64,000 bases of DNA from assembly GCA_951406725.2 (NCBI GenBank), contig OX597830.1, positions 77,314,001 through 77,378,000 on the forward strand, read 5' to 3'. This document shows, piece after piece, positions 54,839 through 64,000 of the stretch. The stretch is from Octopus vulgaris (Eukaryota). Within the stretch, counting starts at the first letter, position 1, and each line of letters starts with the position of its first letter. The notes beneath the pieces were generated by a model that worked only from the letters and a program-made list of their open reading frames with translations, made no database searches and was not told the origin of the DNA. Made by a program: the position numbers and the translations under genes.

Positions 54839-55391
54839 GTCATCTTGTATATGTAAACGATATTATTTGTATATGTTCGTACTCATATATACGTAAATGC
54901 AGATATCTTTAAATAAATATACGAGCAATAAATAAATATGTATTGATACATACATGCTTACAAGCATGCACGAATACACATATACACACATAAATATTTA
55001 TACATACACATAAGCAATCGCACGCACGTATACTTTTACACGCACACACACCCACCCCACACACACACACACACACATATTTGCAGTGAGAGAGATAATT
55101 CACGTAGACGAACAAATACTTCCGAGACAAGCACAATCATATCATTTCACATAATTATTTGTACAATTACATTAAATATTAATAAGTATTCTGAGATATA
55201 TTTGTACATATATATAGCTATATATATATATATATAGCTTACACTTGTGCGTCATGCAGGTGTAAATACATTTACATAAATCAGTAAAATTTACGGTGAA
55301 AAGGGATTTTAAGTGTTTGCATATTTGTTGCAAAGGCAAGAGATACCTTGAAGAAAATGTTCTACGGTATACCTTTAGAACGTAATGTACA

Positions 55392-55450
<59 letters not shown>

Positions 55451-55503
55451 GTATTCGTATATATGTGCATGAAATTAAGAAATTATACATATGTACGCAT
55501 ATA

Positions 55504-55551
<48 letters not shown>

Positions 55552-55589
55552 CATATATATACATATGTACATATATATATATATTTGTG

Positions 55590-55623
<34 letters not shown>

Positions 55624-55648
55624 GTACATATATATATATTTATGAATG

Positions 55649-55679
<31 letters not shown>

Positions 55680-55692
55680 TTGTGTACTTATA

Positions 55693-55738
<46 letters not shown>

Positions 55739-55872
55739 TCACATAGTGTTATACAATATATAAACGTTATGCATACATACCCATATATATCGGTATCTAT
55801 TATCTCTTCTACTCTTCCTTGTTTCATGTTGGGATACAGCATTCTACGGTTTAGTCGATGAAATCGGTTCCA

Positions 55873-55927
<55 letters not shown>

Positions 55928-56042
55928 TAACTCATTATATTGTCTTCAAATTCTAGTTACAGATGTACAAGTACACACACGTATATGTATGTGTATGTGT
56001 GTGAGAATGCATCTACACACGCATATATTTATATATGTATGT

Positions 56043-56088
<46 letters not shown>

Positions 56089-56404
56089 CACACACACATA
56101 TATATATATACATATGTATATATATATGTATATATACATATGTATATAAATATGTATATATATATATAGATATGTATATATATATATATACATATAAATG
56201 CAGATATGAGTAATATATATATACTTATATAATGATACTGCCCCTGCAAGGCATAGGAGCTTCACACACACTCACAAACACACACACGTTATATACATAT
56301 TAGTCACGTGCATGTGTATGTATGTATGTTTTGTTTGTGTATCTGTACACGTAAACAATGGTGTATATGCATATATGCATAACGTACGTGGTATAAATAA
56401 ATAA

Positions 56405-56468
<64 letters not shown>

Positions 56469-56501
56469 GAAACAAAAACAACAACAATGGAACAATTATA
56501 T

Positions 56502-56618
<117 letters not shown>

Positions 56619-56727
56619 GGTCCCGGGTTGATTCGGGGTTAACGACAGTAAATAAGGTACTCAATACATAGCAGAGTAAAATTAATTTATTATATAGAAG
56701 GAGTCCTGTAGAAGCTCCTTCTATATA

Positions 56728-56769
<42 letters not shown>

Positions 56770-56782
56770 TTATACATATATA

Positions 56783-56828
<46 letters not shown>

Positions 56829-57124
56829 AGTATGTATATCTATATGCAAATGTATTAATACCTAATCGCACATTCACATATGCACGTAAATACGCATAGT
56901 ATACTTTTACTCTTACTTTTCAGTTATTTGACTGCGACTATGCCTTTAATCGTACAAATCGACCCCAGGACTTATTCTTTGTAAGCCTAGTGCTAACATG
57001 TATCCAATATCCTGCTAGTAAAGCATCCAACAAAGCTAATACATAAACGTTAAGAATCGCGATGCAATTAATTCATTCACTGTATTATATGGGCAAAAGT
57101 AAAATGTTTTACCACAAATTAATA

Positions 57125-57253
57125 ATACAAAATAAGGAAATGGAGAAATACATCTTAATCAATAATCAACTACCAGATAATACCCAGTGATTGGGCATTA
57201 TCTGGTAGTAGATTATTGATTAAGATGTATTTCTCCATTTCCTTATTTTGTAT
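57125..57253. repeat. 129-bp near-perfect palindrome
   Basis: atacaaaataaggaaatggagaaatacatcttaatcaataatc...gattattgattaagatgtatttctccatttccttattttgtat. Confidence 0.95.
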
Positions 57254-57318
57254 ATATATATAATAGAAATATTAAAATTACTAAATCTCTCTAAAGGAGA
57301 TTACGGCAGCGTTACTGG

Positions 57319-57373
57319 ATATTAATAGTTATCGCCATACTAATAGACTACCATATTAGTATGGCGATAACTA

Positions 57374-57380
<7 letters not shown>
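57319..57380. repeat. Perfect 27-bp-arm hairpin
   Basis: atattaatagttatcgccatactaata gactacca tattagtatggcgataactattaatat. Confidence 0.95.
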
Positions 57381-57414
<34 letters not shown>

Positions 57415-58280
57415 GTAGCATGCTCATGAGTGTGTCTCTGCGTTTGTGCATGTGTGCGTGTATAAACTTTTATTGTATAATTATGACTCGTAAGAATTAT
57501 TTGCTTCCATCTTCCCGACCGTCGAGGGGTCCACTCCATGTTGGCGGTCAAAAATATCAGCAATTCCTCTCCCACTGAATCCAAAAGATAAAAATAAGGT
57601 GAAATTACAGAAGATGTACTATTTCGGGACAGCTTTCGATCATTGGTCTTTTACAGGCCTCCTACTGTCCTGGGGTTAAACAACGACATCAGCAATTCAT
57701 ACCTGAATTCAAATAACAAATAAATCAAATTCCTCTGTATATACCCGCTTATATTTTGGCATGTAATTATTATTCTTTCACACTTCGACACGTACAAACT
57801 TGCATATACATAAATATATACACACACATATACCCACACATGAACACACATACATACATTTGTACGTATATGCATACATACACACATACATACAAACATA
57901 TTAACATTTCGATAAGTCTAGTAACCTAGTGTAGAAATCAATTTAGATATGTTTGGGAACGAAGTGTTAGACGAGTACAGAGTAATAAGAAAATGAGAAT
58001 TCAAAGAATAAACGATTAAACGATTAAGAGAATAAATTAATAAAGCTTAGGGGATAATCGTTTATTCCTTTATCGTCTTATATTTTATATATACATATAT
58101 ATATATGCACACATATATGAATATATACATGCATATATGCATATGTATGTATATATATATACATATACATATAACTGTGTATATATATGTATATATATAT
58201 GTGTGTGTGTGTGATTGTGTGTGTGTGTGTGTTTGTGTGTGTATGTATGTATGCATATGTATATATATATATATATATAT

Positions 58281-58511
58281 ATTTCTTTACTACCCACAAG
58301 GGGCTAAACACAGAGGGGACAAACAAGGACAGACAAAGGGATTAAGTCGACTACATCGACCCCAGTGCGTAACTGGTACTTAATTTATCGACCCCGAAAG
58401 GATGAAAGGCAAAGTCGACCTCGGCGGAATTTGAACTCGGAACGTAACGACAGACGAAATACGGCTACGAATTTCGCCCGGCGTGCTAACGTTTCTACCA
58501 GCTCGCCGCCT
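58281..58511 (-). mobile_element. SINE family B
   Basis: Full reverse copy ending gctcgccgcc. Confidence 0.88.
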
Positions 58512-58526
58512 TATTATATATATATA

Positions 58527-58909
58527 CTAGCAGTATCGCCCGGCGTTGCTCAGGTTTGTAAGGGAAATAACTATAAAGCATTTTTAGAGAGTTATAGCAA
58601 AAAAATAGCAAAAAAATGGAAAAAAAATTATGGTAAATTTTTTTGAGAGTTAAAAAAGGTGGAGTTGCGTCCCCATGACGGTCTGTGGTTTGGGTTTCTG
58701 ATTCTCGACCCCATGTCGAATTTATCGATTTTTTTCAGAACTGGGGGAACTTTTCAAAATTTTCGCTGCGTTAGTTTTGAATTATGACATTGGGCTATGT
58801 GTGTGTCAAGTTTCATCAGAATCGGTTGAAAGCCGTGGTCAGGGTGAGGGTACGAGAAAACAGACACACAGAAAACGCACAGACAAACTGCCGTTTATAT
58901 AGAGAGAGA
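58527..58909 (-). mobile_element. Non-autonomous Helitron (third internal type)
   Basis: a|ctagcagtatcgcccggcgttgctc 3' end shared with the other Helitrons; 5' end tttatatagagagaga|t. Confidence 0.82.
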
Positions 58910-58919
58910 TATATATATC

Positions 58920-58957
58920 TATGTGTATGTGTACATATATATATTTATACATATACA

Positions 58958-58991
<34 letters not shown>

Positions 58992-59059
58992 TACACAAAC
59001 ACACACATAATGCTACATATGTGTGTGTGTGTGTTTGTGTGTGTATGTATGTATGTATG

Positions 59060-59107
<48 letters not shown>

Positions 59108-59325
59108 TGTGTATATGTAGATATACATATTTATATACATATACATACATTCATATATATATATATATATATATATACACAAACACACACATAATGCTGC
59201 ATGTGTGTGTGTGTATGTATGTTTGTATGTATATATATATATCAGTGTGTATATGTAGATATATATATATATATATACATACATATATACATATATATAT
59301 ACACAAACACACACATAATGCTACA

Positions 59326-59358
<33 letters not shown>

Positions 59359-59411
59359 ATATATATATATCTGTGTGTATGTGTAGATATGTATATATAT
59401 ATACATATACA

Positions 59412-59445
<34 letters not shown>

Positions 59446-59470
59446 TACACAAACACACACATAATACTAC

Positions 59471-59502
<32 letters not shown>

Positions 59503-59591
59503 TTGTCTGTGTATGTATGTATGTATGTATGTATATATATATATCTGTGTGTATATGTAAATATATATATATATATAAATACATATACATG

Positions 59592-59637
<46 letters not shown>

Positions 59638-59675
59638 AACACACATAATGCTACATATGTGTGTGTGTATGTGTG
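58920..59675. repeat. Higher-order tandem repeat built from microsatellites
   Basis: The anchor acacaaacacac(ac)ataat(g/a)ct recurs five times at about 58992, 59177, 59301, 59447 and 59633. Confidence 0.85.
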
Positions 59676-60416
59676 GCAACTGTAGCCGTATAAATCTCGG
59701 TGCACATTACATCAGGAAAGTCATCTTTCCTAACTACACCGACAAAATTTTGCGCGTACGAGTTATTTCTGCCTCTGTGGTTAAAGATGGTCGGTTCAAA
59801 TCCATGTGATCTCGTGTCCGGTCCCATTGTGGGTCACCTTGAGTAAGTGGTCCTATACTATATAGCCCCGGCACTGCTAAGGTAATTTGTGTGAATGTAA
59901 TGTGTAAATCTGCAGTACCTGCGCACCCGCACATACACACATTCACTCACTCACACCAACTCACACATATATATTCTGGATTTCTTTGCATTTTCAAATA
60001 AATTTAAGATTTTTAAGCATGAAAATTCTGAAACCTAATTTTATCAAAGGTATAATTTGTGTGTGTATGAGTGTGTGTGTGTGTATGAGTGTGTATGTGT
60101 GTGTGTTCGCTTGTATAGAATGTGTGCATATATGTGTATATGTTTGTATGTAATCTTAGGTTCCCTGACATTAAGAAGAATAGAAAGAAATTTTGGACAA
60201 TTTCGAAAATTAAAATATGAAAAAAAAAGAGTAAATGCTCATTTATTAATTAATTAATTTATTTATTTATTTATTTATTTATATATTTATTCATTCATTA
60301 TGACCCCTATTATAAACTATTTAAAGAATTTACAAAGAACGTAACATTAAGCATAATATACATATGTGTGTGTGTGTGTTTTGTATGTGTATGTGTGAGT
60401 GTCTGTGTGTATATAC

Positions 60417-60449
<33 letters not shown>

Positions 60450-60521
60450 CACTAAGATTTAACTAAGTAAACATATATGTGTGTGTATATGTATATATAT
60501 GAATACATGTATATAAATATA

Positions 60522-60564
<43 letters not shown>

Positions 60565-61269
60565 TCTTTAAATCTTTAAATTTTAAGATTTAAAAATTTA
60601 AATATTTATATATACATAGGATGTGTGGTAAGTAGCTTGCTTACCAACCACAAGGTTTCGGGTTCGGTCCCACTGCGTGGAGCCTTGGGCAAGTGTCTTC
60701 TACTATAGCCTCGGGCCGCCCGAAGCCTTATGAATGGATTTGGTTGACGGAAACTGAAAGGAAGCCCGTTGTATATACATGTGTGTGTTTGTGTTTGTGT
60801 GTGTAAATCAGCGCGGATTAGAAGAGATTCCGAGTCATTTGTCTCCGGAAAATCGGGTCTGTACTTTTACTCTGACACAGGCCTAAATTAATTTCTTAGT
60901 GCTTTTCTTATAACCCTGGGATGCCTTTCGATACATTGTCTTATTCTATGAGCCCTTTCTGTCATTTGACTGCGGCCATACTAGAGCTCCGCCTGAAAGG
61001 TTTTTAGTCGAAGAGATCGACCCCCAGGACTTTCTTTGTGAGCCTAGTACTTATTCTACTGTTTTTTTTTCCCGAACCGCTAAGTTACCGGGACATAAAC
61101 ACACCAGCATCGGTTGTCAAGTGATGCCTGAGTGGGGTGGAGGACAAACACAGATACATACACATAAATACATACATACATATATATACATATATGGATA
61201 CATATACTTATATATATACATACATACACACACGCACAAATATATATATATATACATACATACACACAC

Positions 61270-61322
<53 letters not shown>

Positions 61323-61834
61323 AGTTAGTTTGTTAGTTAATTTATTTATATATATATATGTATGTATAGTTGGTTAATATATACATATATGTAGGTATGT
61401 ATATTTTTATGTATATATTTATGCATGCATGTATGTATGTATATACAACGAGGTTCTTGAAGCTTCGGTCTAAGAAATCCACTCACAAGGCTTTGGTCGG
61501 CCCGAGCCCATAGTAGAAGACACTTGACAAGGTGTCACACAATGGGATTGATCTCGGAACCATGTGGTTAGGAAGCAAGTTTCTTACCGCACAACTACGC
61601 TTTCGACTATATATTTATGGTTTGTATCTATTTATTTTGGGTGTGGGACATTCCAAAATAAATCTGCCATTGGTATTTTCCTAGTTTTACAAAAATCACT
61701 TTTAGAATTATATTTTCGATTTAAAGAATGTTATATATTTTTTACGTATCAGTCTTTTATCGCGTTTCCGTTTTGTGTATACATCAAATGAAATATATAA
61801 GGTATTCACATAGTTTTGTATGTAACCGAAATGG

Positions 61835-61885
<51 letters not shown>

Positions 61886-61912
61886 AGTGTGTGTGTTTGT
61901 GTGTAGGGATGT

Positions 61913-61957
<45 letters not shown>

Positions 61958-62313
61958 ATATATTGTGGAGGCGCAATGGCCCAGTGGTTAGGTCGGAGGA
62001 TCGCGGTTTCGATTCCCAGACCGGGCGTTGTGTGTGTTTCTTGAGCGAAAACACCTAAAAGCTCCACGAGGCTCCGGCAGGGGGTGGTGGTGATCCCTGC
62101 TGTACTCTTTCACCACTCTAAAGGCGGTGCTCCAGCATGGCCGCAGTCAAATGACTGGAACAAGTACAAAAAAAAATAAAAATAAATAAATATAGCCTGA
62201 ATCCCATATATGTGTGTGTGTGTGTGATATTGTGTCAGTATATACATACATTCATATGTATGTGTGTGTGTGTGTGTGCGTGTATGTATATATACAATAT
62301 ATATATGTATATG

Positions 62314-62361
<48 letters not shown>

Positions 62362-62364
62362 TAT

Positions 62365-62618
62365 AAAATAAATATAAGAGAATGGTCACTATATGGCTCA
62401 CTCTAGCACCAGTTAATCCAAAAGGTTTCAACCACAAAAATACATGTTTCCCATGAAAGTCAGTACGATTGTTAGCTCACACGGACAGGGCAAATAAAAA
62501 ATAACAAAATACAGATTATTTTGGGACAATTGTTTCGCTATTAATGGAGCACTAGGCCACTTGGTGTAGAATAGATATACTATTAAATTAGTATCTAATT
62601 CTCTCACCCTTATTAATT

Positions 62619-62625
<7 letters not shown>
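62365..62625. mobile_element. Rearranged dispersed copy of the 533-bp unit
   Basis: 62365-62546 is the reverse complement of the unit from cattaatagcgaaac to ctcttatatttatttt; 62548-62625 is the forward agcactaggcc...attaattaattata; (TA)n on both sides. Confidence 0.93.
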
Positions 62626-62653
<28 letters not shown>

Positions 62654-62700
62654 CATATACATATATATGTATATATATGCGCATATATATACGCATATAT

Positions 62701-62732
<32 letters not shown>

Positions 62733-63032
62733 GTACACCCACATGTATACCTATACATAAGCTCGCTTCCGCGCAAGCACACACGCATATATCAACGTTA
62801 AATCAAACTTCTTTTAATATCCACTTCATTTTAGGTATCCATACATATATACATGCGCACACACATATGCACTTAGATACACACACACACACACACACAC
62901 AAATACATACATGCATACACACACAGAGAATAACACACGCACAGGTATGTATACATTTGCGATCATGTATATATACATACACATAAACACTCGTGCTTGT
63001 GTATGCATGTTTGTGTATGTATGTATATATGT

Positions 63033-63100
<68 letters not shown>

Positions 63101-63371
63101 GTATGTATGAATGTATGTTTATATCACGCATTGTGTGAGTTCTCAGCAGTGAAATTCTGATATAAATATCAATTCGTTATTTGTGCCATTTTTGATACTT
63201 TAAATTGCTTTTTTTACTGATGGACATCAAATCAAACCTAATTATCTTTATTTTTTAAGAAAAATTAAATCAAAAATTTTATGATGAAAACTCGGTATAC
63301 TAACATGAATGTGTTTCTCTCACGACTTTGTTTCCTCATAACTTTCAGAAAAAAATATATGTAAAAAATGA

Positions 63372-63780
63372 AGTGGCTGTGTGCTAAGTAGCTTGCTAAC
63401 TAACTACATGGTTCCGGGTTCAGTCCCACTGCGTGGCATCTTGGGCAAGTGTCTTATGCTATAGCCCCGGGCCGACCAATGCCTTGTGAGTGGATTTGGT
63501 AGACGGAAACTGAAAGAAGCCTGTCGTATATATGTATATATATATGTATGTGTGTATGTGTTTGTGTGTCTGTGTTTGTCCCCCTAGCATTGCTTGACAA
63601 CCGATGCTGGTGTGTTTACGTCCCCGTCATTTAGCCGTTCGGCAAAAGAGACCGATAGAATAAGTACTGGGCTTACAAAGAATAAGTCCCGGGGTCGATT
63701 TGCTCGACTAAATGTGGTGCTCCAGCATGTCCGCAGTCAAATGACTGAAACAAGTAAAAGAGTAAAAGAGTAGAAGAGTA
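63372..63780 (+). mobile_element. SINE family A, apparently inside a TIR element (about 63315-64000)
   Basis: Canonical SINE A; flanking inverted repeat gtttcctcataactttcagaaaa / ttttctgaaagttttaaggaaac. Confidence 0.8.
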
Positions 63781-64000
63781 ATGCCTACACATAATATATA
63801 TGGCTACAAAATGGAAATTTTCAAAAAAAAACTATGTGATATCTATCGGTATTTGTACGCGTCCAACAGGATTTTTTTTTTTTTTTTTTTTTAATTTAAA
63901 TTCTGAAATAATCTTAATGTACACTTTGGAATGTATCTAGAAAATTCCATCAAAAATTACCTATTTTCTGAAAGTTTTAAGGAAACGAACTGAGGAGTGT

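Noticed and set aside
57615-57700. Hammerhead-like motif on the minus strand (cgaaagctgtc)
   Set aside because: The CUGANGA box is not recoverable at the right spacing; too degenerate to call. The same applies near 48990-49020 and 60920-60955.

Overview
AT-rich, extremely repeat-dense eukaryotic DNA with no host protein-coding exon I can support. It is most likely intronic or intergenic; the mix of tRNA-derived SINEs and microsatellites suggests an octopus/coleoid cephalopod genome (inference). Almost all ORF-track entries are translations of simple repeats. The real content is transposable elements: a near full-length, decayed R4/Dong-type non-LTR retrotransposon inside (TAA)n plus a second related fragment, mariner and Tc1-like fossils and MITEs, non-autonomous Helitrons, a Gypsy 3' LTR remnant, CR1/L2-like 3' ends and at least four SINE families. 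The standout is a 3-kb array at 38651-41680, embedded in (TA)n, of 5.7 near-identical 533-bp units. Each unit carries an intact-looking type I hammerhead ribozyme (CUGAAGA...GAAA, GUC cleavage site) with an unusually long stem II, i.e. a candidate non-LTR retrozyme / circular-RNA-producing element. A rearranged dispersed copy lies at 62365-62625, and several decayed hammerhead-like relics and fold-back palindromes sit in other (TA)n tracts.
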